This document shows, in pieces, positions 44,484-53,999 of a DNA stretch of 64,000 nucleotides. Position 1 is the stretch's first letter. Every line of letters starts with the position of its first letter. The DNA comes from Psychrobacter sp. Lineage in GTDB: Bacteria > Pseudomonadota > Gammaproteobacteria > Pseudomonadales > Moraxellaceae. The notes beneath the pieces were generated by a model. It saw only the letters and a list, made by a program, of their open reading frames with translations, ran no database searches and had not been told where the DNA came from. The stretch lies in the NCBI GenBank assembly GCA_018260445.1, contig JAGLBE010000010.1:40607-104606 (forward strand), in the 5' to 3' direction. The position numbers and the translations under genes were made by a program.

Positions 44484-46178
44484 GTGGCTATAAGTTTTGG
44501 TACGTCTAATCGAGGTCTTTTTTTCGTCTTGGCAATTTTTATCGTTGAGTATTTTATGAGCTTTCTTACTGATATGGCCCAAAGCTACGCTGTGGTACCC
44601 AAGGCGACTAAAACTAACATTTCGTCCCTATTGGGAAAACGAAGGTTGGCTATCGGGCTGTTAACCTTGGCTTTATTAGTGCCTGTGCTAGCTAAGGCAA
44701 AAACAACCAGTACCTTAGAGGCTAAGGTAGATAGTGACGTCAGCCACGTGCCTAAGGAGCAGTTTGATTCTCAGCAATTTGACCATGCGTTTGCCAGCGA
44801 GCTTGGCAATAAGTCCGTCAAGGTGTCTGAAACCAGTACGTTAAGCCAGTCAGCACCGGTGGCTGGTGACGATGCTCAGTATCAAACTCAATTTGATGCG
44901 TTTGATGATATTGATGCGGTGGCGCATGACGATGATATTGAGGTGAATGAAGCAGTCGATACGACGGCGGGCCCTAAGCCGGATATCAACTCGGCAACTA
45001 CGGCACCTATTATCCATAATGCTCAAGCAACGAATGCGGATGCTGGGCTTAGTTTGACCGCCAAGCATGTGCCACTAAATGCGATAGCGCCAGAAACGGT
45101 GCAAACCTTTGTAGAGGTGATTGACACCATTCGCCACGCTTATGTAAAGCCTGTGAATGATGAGGACTTATTTCAATATGCTATTACGGGCATGTTGCAA
45201 AAGCTAGATGCCCATGCCGAATACCTCACCCCAAGTGGTTATGAGCGGCTGCGTGGTTTTACCGATGGCGAAATTGCCCAAGTTGGTCTGTCTGCTGGCT
45301 ATGATGCCCAGGTGCATGCTTGGATTGTTGACACTATTTTACCCAAATCGTCGGCGAAAGAGGCGGGGATTAAACTCGGCGAGCGGTTGCTTAAGATAAA
45401 AACGGTCGAGCTAACTGCAGATATGAGCCGTCAGGATATCGAGCAGCTGTTATCAGGGATTGCCGGCTCGCATGTGCAAGTCGTTGTGGCCGATACGGAG
45501 GGTAGAAGTCGTATCTTGACGATGGAGCGCAATTTACCTAAAAGCAATAAGCTTGAAGTCACGATGCAAAACGACGTAGCTATTGTCCGATTGCCGATTT
45601 TTCAAAACAGTACCAAAGATCAGCTGGTTGAGGCGTTACGGCAACTTGACCAACCCATTATTGGCATTGTTTTGGACGTGCGTAATAATCCAGGTGGGGT
45701 GCTGTCTGCCGCCATTGATGTGACCAGCTTATTTATTGAAGATAAAGACTTGATTCAAGTGAGAAACCGTACCAATAGCAATCAAACCATTCGTCCAAAC
45801 GGCACGCCTTATTTGTTAAAGGTGCCTGTGGTGTTATTGCAAAACCGTTATTCGGCATCTGCCTCTGAGGTACTATCGAGCGGCTTTAAAAGCAATGAGC
45901 GCGCTTTGATTATTGGCGAAAAAAGTTTTGGCAAGGGCACTGTACAAGAGGTGATTCCGCTAGAGGCTGGGGGCGCCGTCAAATTAACCGTGGCTGAATA
46001 TCGGAGTATTAAAGGCGAGCTTATTGATGGTGTTGGCATTGAGCCGAATGTAACTTTAGTCCATGACGGCGCCAATTGGGAACAGCAAGCGGTTAATATT
46101 TTGCTGGCACATAACAAAGCGTTGCCAATCCGCTTAGACCTTGGGCAAAATGACATCAAGCGCATTGGTGATTATTAA
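44484..46178 (+). CDS. S41 family C-terminal processing peptidase (PDZ domain) with a long acidic N-terminal region
   Basis: It has LDVRNNPGGVLSAA and NRYSASASEVLSSGF (catalytic Ser), with GEKSFGKGTVQ (Lys). The start is uncertain (GTG at 44484 or an internal ATG). Confidence 0.82.
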   Translation: MAISFGTSNRGLFFVLAIFIVEYFMSFLTDMAQSYAVVPKATKTNISSLLGKRRLAIGLLTLALLVPVLAKAKTTSTLEAKVDSDVSHVPKEQFDSQQFDHAFASELGNKSVKVSETSTLSQSAPVAGDDAQYQTQFDAFDDIDAVAHDDDIEVNEAVDTTAGPKPDINSATTAPIIHNAQATNADAGLSLTAKHVPLNAIAPETVQTFVEVIDTIRHAYVKPVNDEDLFQYAITGMLQKLDAHAEYLTPSGYERLRGFTDGEIAQVGLSAGYDAQVHAWIVDTILPKSSAKEAGIKLGERLLKIKTVELTADMSRQDIEQLLSGIAGSHVQVVVADTEGRSRILTMERNLPKSNKLEVTMQNDVAIVRLPIFQNSTKDQLVEALRQLDQPIIGIVLDVRNNPGGVLSAAIDVTSLFIEDKDLIQVRNRTNSNQTIRPNGTPYLLKVPVVLLQNRYSASASEVLSSGFKSNERALIIGEKSFGKGTVQEVIPLEAGGAVKLTVAEYRSIKGELIDGVGIEPNVTLVHDGANWEQQAVNILLAHNKALPIRLDLGQNDIKRIGDY

Positions 46179-46196
46179 AGACGAGACAGTTAAAGT

Positions 46197-46243
46197 CAGA
46201 CAAACAGGCAGACAAACAGGCAGACAAACAGGCAGACAAACCA
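46197..46243. repeat. Tandem repeat, 12 bp x4 (cagacaaacagg)
   Basis: Read directly between the convergent peptidase and pilR genes. Confidence 0.95.
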
Positions 46244-46332
46244 ACAAAATCAGGCACAAGCGCCCTCACGCCCTCATTGTCACCTGTTACGCCTGCTTCT
46301 TATGTTCTTATGCTAAGCTTTTAGCCCAATGC

Positions 46333-48117
46333 CTAGTCATCGCTATCACCGCCTTCAATTTCCAGCTTTTTCATCCGATAGCGTAGCGATCTAAAAGACG
46401 TTTTGAGTAAGTCGGCGGCTTTGGTTTTGTTCCAATTGGTTTTGTTGAGCGCCACAATAATCATTTGCCGCTCTTGCTCTTGCAAATAAGCTTCTAAACC
46501 GGCATCGGGTAAGGCTTGCGATAAAGCCTCGGTTAGCGGCAGGCTTGGTGTGGTTTGCGCACTAACGCTTTGGACGTCTGCAAGGTCGCCTAAGCCTAAC
46601 TTGGTAGGCGCTGCTGAATTATTTAAGGAAGGATTACTGGTTTCTAGCTTTACCACCTGATTATGATTGTGGGTAGAGGCATAGTTGTTACTATGCCCAA
46701 ACTTGGAGGGGGTGTGCGGCGCTGTCTGGGTGATGGGCTGATGGTGTGAGGGGGTTTGCGCTTTGGGATGACCACTTTGATTCGTCGCAGTCGCTTGCGG
46801 TTGTGGCGGCTCAGCAACCACCCTTTTATCTTTATCTAAGGCGGCGTGCGGGGATGGGCTTAGTGCCGGCTTACTTGTTGGCGTAGCGCTGCTGCTAGGC
46901 TTGGCAGTAGCATCGCTATGCGCGGCGGCCTTAGCGGTTGGCGACGGCAGCCCTAAATGCTCGGCCTCGATAATAGACGTTTCGGCCAAGGTTACGGCAC
47001 GTTCTAAAATATTTCGCAGTTCACGCACATTGCCTTTGTATTGATGCGCCTGTAGATGCGTTAAAGACTCATCGCTTAGCTGCAATGCCTCGCTCATTTG
47101 CCAATCTTTGGCGATTTCTGCCAAAAAGAACTGAGCCAATTGGCCAATATCAGCGTCTCTATCATTGAGCGTGGGCAGCTTTAGCTGGATGACATTGATA
47201 CGATAAAACAAATCTTGTCTAAATTCGCCGCTGTGTACCAATTGACTCAGGTTTTTATGGGTGGCGGATAATATTCGAATATCTACGGCATATTCTTTGG
47301 TATCCCCAATCGCTCTCACAGTTTTTTCTTGAATGGCGCGCAGTAGCTTCACTTGCATGGCCAGCGGTAGGTCGGCCACCTCATCTAAAAATAAGGTGCC
47401 GCCATCTGCTTGCTGAAAGAGGCCTTTTTTATCGGCAGTAGCACCCGTAAAACTGCCTTTTTTATGGCCAAAAAACTCTGATTCCATCAGCTCTGATGGA
47501 ATAGCGCCGCAATTAATAGGCACAAAACTGCCTTCACGGCGTGGGCTTAAATCGTGAATTAACTTGGCGACAACCTCTTTTCCTGTTCCTGATTCGCCCC
47601 AAAGAAATACAGGCGCTTGTGAACGTGCCAGTTTAATAATCGTGCCTTTAAGTTGTTGCATCGTCGGCGATTGGCCAATTAGGCGCTCATCTAGCAACAA
47701 CTGGGCGGGAGTTTTTTGCGCTTTATCGCTTTTGTTTTTAGAAGCGTTATCGCCTGCAATTTTTAAGGTGTGTTCAACCAGTTGACGCAGTCTTGGCAAC
47801 TCTAAAGGCTTGTTGACAAAGTCAAAGGCGCCATACTTTAAAGCCTCAATAGCCAAATCCATATTGCCATGCGCAGTGATGACCGCAATAGGCATGGTAC
47901 TGCCCGCCGCATTTAAGGTTTTAACCAGCTCTAGTCCAGAGCCATCTGGTAGCTGCAAATCGGTTAAGCAGAAGTCATAAGTGTTATTTTTTAACAAGTC
48001 ATGCGCGGTGGCAAGATCATAGGCAATATCCGCAGTGATAGCCATTTTTTGCAGCGTAATTTGCATCAGTCTGCACAAGTCTACTTCATCATCAATGATT
48101 AGTGCCTTTGCTGTCAT
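46333..48117 (-). CDS. pilR: Sigma-54-dependent response regulator, PilR type, with a roughly 150-aa low-complexity linker
   Basis: It has a REC domain (ALIIDDEVDL ... CLTDLQLPDGSGLELV), an AAA+ domain (GESGTGKE, GAFTGA-like GSFTGA, ESELFGH-like ESEFFGH) and a C-terminal Fis-type HTH (KTKAADLLKTSFRSLRYRMKKL). It lies directly downstream of pilS. Confidence 0.85.
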   Translation of the reverse strand: MTAKALIIDDEVDLCRLMQITLQKMAITADIAYDLATAHDLLKNNTYDFCLTDLQLPDGSGLELVKTLNAAGSTMPIAVITAHGNMDLAIEALKYGAFDFVNKPLELPRLRQLVEHTLKIAGDNASKNKSDKAQKTPAQLLLDERLIGQSPTMQQLKGTIIKLARSQAPVFLWGESGTGKEVVAKLIHDLSPRREGSFVPINCGAIPSELMESEFFGHKKGSFTGATADKKGLFQQADGGTLFLDEVADLPLAMQVKLLRAIQEKTVRAIGDTKEYAVDIRILSATHKNLSQLVHSGEFRQDLFYRINVIQLKLPTLNDRDADIGQLAQFFLAEIAKDWQMSEALQLSDESLTHLQAHQYKGNVRELRNILERAVTLAETSIIEAEHLGLPSPTAKAAAHSDATAKPSSSATPTSKPALSPSPHAALDKDKRVVAEPPQPQATATNQSGHPKAQTPSHHQPITQTAPHTPSKFGHSNNYASTHNHNQVVKLETSNPSLNNSAAPTKLGLGDLADVQSVSAQTTPSLPLTEALSQALPDAGLEAYLQEQERQMIIVALNKTNWNKTKAADLLKTSFRSLRYRMKKLEIEGGDSDD

Positions 48118-48150
48118 AGTTACACTCTTAGGTTAAAGGGCGATTCGCGG

Positions 48151-50094
48151 TTATAAAACTTTGGGAATCACCAGTCTAAAGCAGGTCTTGTCATGCTCGG
48201 GCACAAAAACCAGGCGAGAATGATTGGCCTCGGTAAAAGCTTGTGAAAGATATAAGCCTAAGCCCGTACCCTCAGGATTTGTGGTAAAAAACGGATTGAA
48301 CAAATTGGCTTGATGCTTTTTTGCAACGCCCGCGCCTGTATCGAGAACATCAATTATAACATCGTTTTTTCGACAATCGATTTCAATCTCAACATAGGCA
48401 TGGGGGTGACTCTGACTACTATAATGCAGTCCATTATTCACTAGATTGACCAATATTTGTTCTAACTGACGTGTATCAAAGTGGATTTTGGGCGTACAGC
48501 TGGCGTGCAAAAACAGGTCGTGTGAGCCGTAGTGTTCGTCAATAAATTGGGTTAACCAGGGCACCAAATAAAAGGTGGTTAGATTCGGCTCGCTTTGCCG
48601 AGATAAATTTAAAACATCCTCAATAATACGGTTGACCCGCTTGGTTTGCTTAAAAATCATCTCGTACAGCTCAATATTATCATCGTTCTTGTTAGCCGCC
48701 CAACTTGCAACAGGGTGAGCCCCATCAACTGCTCCCTCAATATCACTATCAATGACAATATCACTGTCAATATCACTGTCAATATCACTGTCAATATCAC
48801 TGTCAATACCACTGTCAATATCACTGTCAATGTCACTATGAATGACAAGGTTACTGTCACTATCACTATCAGTACCAATACCACTGTCACCAATTTGGGT
48901 CAAACCCAATGCAATTGATGCATTGGCAGCATCGGTAAGGGCAGGCTTGTGGGCAGCAGAAGCTTGTGCTTGCAACGCTCTATGCAGCTGGGCGTCCTCG
49001 ATAAGTAATTCGCTCGCTTGGGAAATGGCCGCTAAGGGATTGCGAATTTCGTGGGCAATACTGGCGGTCAGTTGGCCTAAAGCGGCTAGTTTTAATTGTT
49101 GGGCACTGCTTTGTTCGCGCCGGATATCTTCAATCACCACCAGTAAACTGCCGCCTTTTAGCGGCGTGGTATTAATACGCAACTTGCTAATCATAGCGTC
49201 GGTGTGGGCGGGGTCATAATTAAAGCTGTTCAGGGTGTGCTGCGATGCTTGCGCAATCAGCTTCAACAGTTTAGGGTGCTGCTGATGCAATTGGGCGATA
49301 AATTCGTCTGAGGCGTGAGTGCTATGGTTCAGATTCACAAGCACTTGCGATGGCAATTTTAAATCTAACAGATTAATGGTCGCAAGGTTGGTTAATTTTA
49401 GGCTTAACGTATCACTAATCACCATCACCCCATGGGTTATGGTACTAATAACTTGCTGATTAATGGTATTGAGTTTGGCCATCTCATTTGCTTGCTCTGT
49501 GGCAATTTTTTCAACCATCGCCAAGCGCTGTGACACAAACCAACTTAAAAAGCCCACGCATAAAAAGCTGAGCGATAACAAAATGGCATTGCCTAAATCA
49601 GCAATGCTCATGGTGTTATTAATGGCATAAAAAAACTGTTGATAAATGACAAAAATAATGGCTAGTAGGGTAATAATAAACGCTTGATAGGGCGCTAGCA
49701 TCATAAAGCTGGCAGCCATGACCACCACATAGAGCATAATGAGTTGAATATCTGGAGTGCCCGATAAGTACAGTAAGAGGCTAATCACCAACACATCAAA
49801 AATCAAGCCAATACTCAATTGCCGACGCATATAGCGAGGAATAACAAAAAAAAGTGCCAGCAATAAAAAACTAAATACCCCATAAAACAATAACAAGGTT
49901 TGATGGAAAAAAGTGGGCATGCTCGCTAGTACTTTATCGCTTTGAAAAACGAGCGCATAGCTGGATAAAAATAAAAAGATACTGATAATAAAGCGGTAAA
50001 CGCTATAAATAAGCCCCATTTTACGTAGCTGCTGATCGGGTAGCACTTGTTGTTTTAAGTTACTTTGAATTTTAGCGTAAAAATTAGGTAGCAT
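48151..50094 (-). CDS. pilS: Sensor histidine kinase, PilS type, with an acidic repeat insertion after the H-box
   Basis: It has about six N-terminal TM helices, the H-box SIAHEIRNPL and HATPase N/G boxes (LVNLVNNG, DTGAGV, GTGLGL). A 12-nt repeat encodes (DSDI)n between the DHp and CA domains. Confidence 0.85.
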   Translation of the reverse strand: MLPNFYAKIQSNLKQQVLPDQQLRKMGLIYSVYRFIISIFLFLSSYALVFQSDKVLASMPTFFHQTLLLFYGVFSFLLLALFFVIPRYMRRQLSIGLIFDVLVISLLLYLSGTPDIQLIMLYVVVMAASFMMLAPYQAFIITLLAIIFVIYQQFFYAINNTMSIADLGNAILLSLSFLCVGFLSWFVSQRLAMVEKIATEQANEMAKLNTINQQVISTITHGVMVISDTLSLKLTNLATINLLDLKLPSQVLVNLNHSTHASDEFIAQLHQQHPKLLKLIAQASQHTLNSFNYDPAHTDAMISKLRINTTPLKGGSLLVVIEDIRREQSSAQQLKLAALGQLTASIAHEIRNPLAAISQASELLIEDAQLHRALQAQASAAHKPALTDAANASIALGLTQIGDSGIGTDSDSDSNLVIHSDIDSDIDSGIDSDIDSDIDSDIDSDIVIDSDIEGAVDGAHPVASWAANKNDDNIELYEMIFKQTKRVNRIIEDVLNLSRQSEPNLTTFYLVPWLTQFIDEHYGSHDLFLHASCTPKIHFDTRQLEQILVNLVNNGLHYSSQSHPHAYVEIEIDCRKNDVIIDVLDTGAGVAKKHQANLFNPFFTTNPEGTGLGLYLSQAFTEANHSRLVFVPEHDKTCFRLVIPKVL

Positions 50095-50231
50095 GAGTCG
50101 TTGCCATTAAAGCCAAAATGAATAAAGAGAGTAGCCTAGGGATAATGGGTTATTGCGTCTAAGCCATTTAAACCGCCTAACCGTCGCTAAGCTAAGCTAA
50201 AATGTCGCTAAGCAAAAAAAAGCTGGATAAC

Positions 50232-50867
50232 TTAAGGGCTAATTAAACCATGGCGCATGGCTAGATGGGTTAATTTAACATCACTATCCACGCCCACCTT
50301 TTCAAAAATTCTATAGCGATAGGTATTCACAGTTTTGACACTGACAAATAACTGGTCGGCAATTTGCTGGGGGCTTTGGCAGTTGACCACCATCATCGCC
50401 ACCTGTTTTTCGCGCTCGCTTAGGCGCTCAAAAGGCGCAGCGTCGCTGTCGGTTAATAACATATCCGCTAACTGCTCTGCCACATCACTGCTAAAATACT
50501 TGCCCCCCGCATGGACTTTTCGAATGGCCTTTATCATCTCGTCTAACGGGGTGCCCTTGGTGATATAACCATTGACACCGGCTTTTAGGAGCATAGAGGG
50601 GTAAGGCTGGGTTGACACACTACTGACTGCCAGTATCTTGACGTTATCATTAAACTGACGAATGCGTTTTGTTGTTTCAACACCACCAATATTGGGCATA
50701 TTGACATCCAATAAAATGACATCAGGGGCTTTTTGTTTCACAAGGTTGATAGCGGCCTCGCCACTGTTGGCCTCACCCACTACTTTTATATCAGCGCTAT
50801 CGCCTAGCATACGGGTAATCCCCATTCTTACTAAATCGTGGTCGTCCACTACAACAACGTGAATCAT
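50232..50867 (-). CDS. gacA: NarL/FixJ-family response regulator, GacA/UvrY-like
   Basis: It has a REC domain (VVVVDDHDLVRMGI ... ILLDVNMP) and a LuxR-type HTH (LSEREKQVAMMVVNCQSPQQIADQLFVSVKTVNTYRYRIFEKV). The symbol rests on similarity of architecture only. Confidence 0.75.
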   Translation of the reverse strand: MIHVVVVDDHDLVRMGITRMLGDSADIKVVGEANSGEAAINLVKQKAPDVILLDVNMPNIGGVETTKRIRQFNDNVKILAVSSVSTQPYPSMLLKAGVNGYITKGTPLDEMIKAIRKVHAGGKYFSSDVAEQLADMLLTDSDAAPFERLSEREKQVAMMVVNCQSPQQIADQLFVSVKTVNTYRYRIFEKVGVDSDVKLTHLAMRHGLISP

Positions 50868-51657
50868 TTACTGTGTCTCCTAGAAAAACGGGGTAGAAAA
50901 ATGGTTTGCTATGGCGTATGGCTGCCTATTGGGTGGTGATTAGCGCCTAGCACTAGCATTAAGTCGTTATCTTTAGCTATCAATGCTTATAAGTCGCTAT
51001 AACACAATAAGCGACGCTAAAGTTACAGCCTATAGCTGTCTTGCAGCCTGTCGCCAACCGAGGGCAGCAAAGCGCTCTATTATGTTGCTAGCTCGTAAAG
51101 GCTTTGTTTTAAATTGATTACGCCACCTTAATCGAAGCAAAAACTTGCAATTAATACTTAACGGCAGGTTTTATTGATGGTAGTATTAACAGTATACTGA
51201 CAAAATCACTATTGTGGTGGTAAGTTCTTTACAATTATCAGCACGGTTTTATGCTGATTAACCATTTTATACCGACCTAGTCCTTGGCGCAGTGTGTAAC
51301 TCTGAAGTTAAGCGCTTAGGTTCGGTGCTTAGGTTCAGTGTTTATTTAGGTTCTTAGGTTAAGCTAATATGCAGGCCAAACAAGCTTGTTAATAAACCTG
51401 GTGCTTGACTTAATAAAATAATAAGATGAGCACTTGCTAGATAAAATGTCGATGGTAACCTGCATCCCTACTTAAATGGCCCTTTTTTGTCGCTATCTCT
51501 CTTTGTTTGGCCGCCACTTAAATAGGGCTCTCTGTAGCAGGTCTTGTTGTCGGCTAAGCCAAATGGCTAAATAATTAGACTGACAATCCGTCTTTACTAG
51601 CCTATTTAATTGGGTGCAAATTTAAACATATATTTTATGATTCAGGTAGGATAATTC

Positions 51658-52746
51658 ATGAGTATCAACCCCTTTTTTAAACAGACCCTAATATCAGCTT
51701 GTATTGTTATGGGCCTAAGTTCACTGGCGAGTGCCGGCTTAACGATTAACGAGCCAAGTTCAGCGAAGATTGCGTGGGGCAATAGCGATAGTTTATCGCA
51801 AGCTCGCACGATTATGTATGCCGATAATAGCGCCTCCAAACAACAAAGCGGCCAATCGGCAGATATTCGCCGAGTCGATAAAGGCGGTGTTACCACGCTG
51901 ACGACGGTCAATAATGGCAATTATGGCTATCCCACCTCTCAAGTCCATAACGGCAATATTGGCGCCTCATTATCTAATGATACGTTACCTATCGCAACAG
52001 CATCAGAGGCGGTTTTAGTGATGGATGTGGCGTCCAATGCGCCACTGTATGAAAAAAATGCCAATATTGCTCGTCCTATTGCCTCGATATCAAAGCTGAT
52101 GACCGCTATGGTGATATTGGACGCGGGTCAGGATATGCGCGAAGAGATTATGCTAGACCCTATAGATTTTGTTGGTCCAAAGCATGCCAGCTCTAGGCTC
52201 AAAGCCGGCGATCGTATGAACCGTGCCGAGCTGTTATTACTGATGCTGATGAAGTCAGAAAACCCGGCTGCCAAAACCTTAGCAAGAAGCTATCCGGGTG
52301 GCTATGATTCTTTTATGCTCGCAATGAATCGCAAGGCCCAGTCCTTAGGGATGACCAGCACCTTTTTTGGCGACCCTACCGGTTTGGACAAACGCAATGT
52401 TGCCTCGCCAATGGATTTGGTCAAAATGGTAAAAGCGGCAGGCAGCTATGAGGTCATTCGTCGTTTTTCAACCACCAAAAACTATGATTTTTTTGTGGCA
52501 AACTATAGCGCTGGCAATCGCACCCTACCTGCGACAAATACCAGTTATTTGGTACGCGATGGTGGTTACCCTATCGGAATTTCAAAAACCGGTTATATCA
52601 ATGAGTCAGGTAAATGCGTGGTGATGGAAACCCGCATTAATAATCGCCCAGCCATTATCGTAATTTTAGGGGCAAAAAGTTCATCCAACCGTTGGGATGA
52701 TGCAGAAACCATTTTAGATGGTCTATCCCTGCGCCGTACTATTTAG
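51658..52746 (+). CDS. pbpG: D-alanyl-D-alanine endopeptidase (PBP7/8, peptidase S11)
   Basis: It has a signal peptide plus SxxK (ASISKLM), SxN (KSENPA) and KTG (SKTGYI) motifs. The N-terminal region is extended. Confidence 0.85.
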   Translation: MSINPFFKQTLISACIVMGLSSLASAGLTINEPSSAKIAWGNSDSLSQARTIMYADNSASKQQSGQSADIRRVDKGGVTTLTTVNNGNYGYPTSQVHNGNIGASLSNDTLPIATASEAVLVMDVASNAPLYEKNANIARPIASISKLMTAMVILDAGQDMREEIMLDPIDFVGPKHASSRLKAGDRMNRAELLLLMLMKSENPAAKTLARSYPGGYDSFMLAMNRKAQSLGMTSTFFGDPTGLDKRNVASPMDLVKMVKAAGSYEVIRRFSTTKNYDFFVANYSAGNRTLPATNTSYLVRDGGYPIGISKTGYINESGKCVVMETRINNRPAIIVILGAKSSSNRWDDAETILDGLSLRRTI

Positions 52747-52907
52747 TAGATAACTATTTAATTAACTACTTAACTATATCCCACTACACCATTGTTATCA
52801 TCTTACTGTTATCTAGGTTATAGCGCTACCCATAGACTGTCTCGCTAATAGTGAGTACAGTCTTTTTTAGTGCTTATCGTCAAGGCTGATGTCTGACTGT
52901 CAATAGC

Positions 52908-53732
52908 GTGTCCTCTCTGCTTGTTAACCGACATTTCTTGCTAACCTACACCGACAGCGCTGCCACCAAGCGAAACCTTAACCCTATCGCGATGCCATCA
53001 AATATGCCGCCTAAACTTGCCCCTAAATTATATTTGCTCACCAATGAGGCGCCCTTACCGCTATTGCTTGAAAAGTTAGACCTTATCTTTCAGCATGGGG
53101 TGGTGAGCCTTCTACAAATACGCCGCAAACAGCATGGCGACAATAACTATATTAACCCCAGCAATCACATTAATACCAGCAATCATAGCAACGATAATAA
53201 GTCTATTGGCCTGCATGGGGGTGATAGCGATGCCCTATGCCACGACATTGAGGCTATTATGACGGTCGCTCAGGCTTACAATGTGCCGATTATTATTAAT
53301 GATGAAGTTAGCTTGGCCAAAAAATTTGCCACTGGCGTTCATCTTGGTAAGCAAGATACCGATTTGCAAACCGCAAGACGCCTTTTAGGGGCTCAGGCGA
53401 TGATTGGTCAAACCTGTTATAACTCGTTAGCCCGCATCACGACCGCTATTGATAATCAAGCAAGCTATGTCGCCATGGGCGCTGTTTTTGCCTCATCGAC
53501 TAAACCACTGGCGCAAAAGGTTTCTATTGACCAGCTAAAAAAAGGGGCGCTACTTTGCCAGCAAAGGCATAGCGAACTTTGTGTCATTGGGGGCATCACC
53601 GCAGATAATGCGGCTGTATTAAAAGGTATAGAGTTAGATTATATCGCTGTAACGGCTGATATTTTAGGACAACCGCTCGCCAACATTGACGCAAAATGTG
53701 AGCAATGGCGTCAGGTATTGACGACTTGGTAG
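52908..53732 (+). CDS. thiE: Thiamine-phosphate synthase with an N/H/S-rich insertion
   Basis: It has LYLLTNE, LLQIRRK, IINDEVSLA, GVHLGKQD, YVAMGAVFASSTKP and VIGGIT blocks. The start is a GTG at 52908 or an internal ATG at 52992. Confidence 0.82.
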   Translation: MSSLLVNRHFLLTYTDSAATKRNLNPIAMPSNMPPKLAPKLYLLTNEAPLPLLLEKLDLIFQHGVVSLLQIRRKQHGDNNYINPSNHINTSNHSNDNKSIGLHGGDSDALCHDIEAIMTVAQAYNVPIIINDEVSLAKKFATGVHLGKQDTDLQTARRLLGAQAMIGQTCYNSLARITTAIDNQASYVAMGAVFASSTKPLAQKVSIDQLKKGALLCQQRHSELCVIGGITADNAAVLKGIELDYIAVTADILGQPLANIDAKCEQWRQVLTTW

Positions 53733-53760
53733 CGAATCGCAATTAGCCAAGCTTAATCCT

Positions 53761-53808
53761 TAGGTAATAAAATAGGTAATAAAATAGGTAATAAAATAGG
53801 TAATAAAA
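53761..53808. repeat. Tandem repeat, 12 bp x4 (taggtaataaaa)
   Basis: Read directly between thiE and pgk. Confidence 0.95.
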
Positions 53809-53999
53809 TAAGCATCTAAATACAGCGCAGCTTAATACTAAAAGGGGACGGTGCAAAAAAGCAATTAACCTAATTTAAAAATATGGTAGAATCCTTGAAA
53901 AACTGCCCTTAAATATTGACCCTAAATATCGACTCAAAGTTTTTAATCAAAGTATTCAACCTAAACAGTATTAACCCTAAGCTAAGCAAGGACACCCTT

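Noticed and set aside
46141-46386. 81-aa ORF encoding GRQTGRQTGRQT
   Set aside because: It overlaps the 3' end of the peptidase gene, reads through the 12-bp x4 intergenic tandem repeat, and then runs antisense into pilR. It has no coding features.
48646-48918. ORFs 48646..48918 (+) and 48657..48893 (-) with ITVNITVN / LTVILTV repeats
   Set aside because: These are translation artefacts of the 12-nt repeat inside pilS.
51316-51360. Possible Csr/Rsm-type sRNA next to the gacA-like gene, because of the repeated ttaggtt motif
   Set aside because: CsrA/RsmA-binding RNAs need multiple (A)GGA motifs in hairpin loops. This array has AGG without the following A, no obvious hairpins and no terminator.
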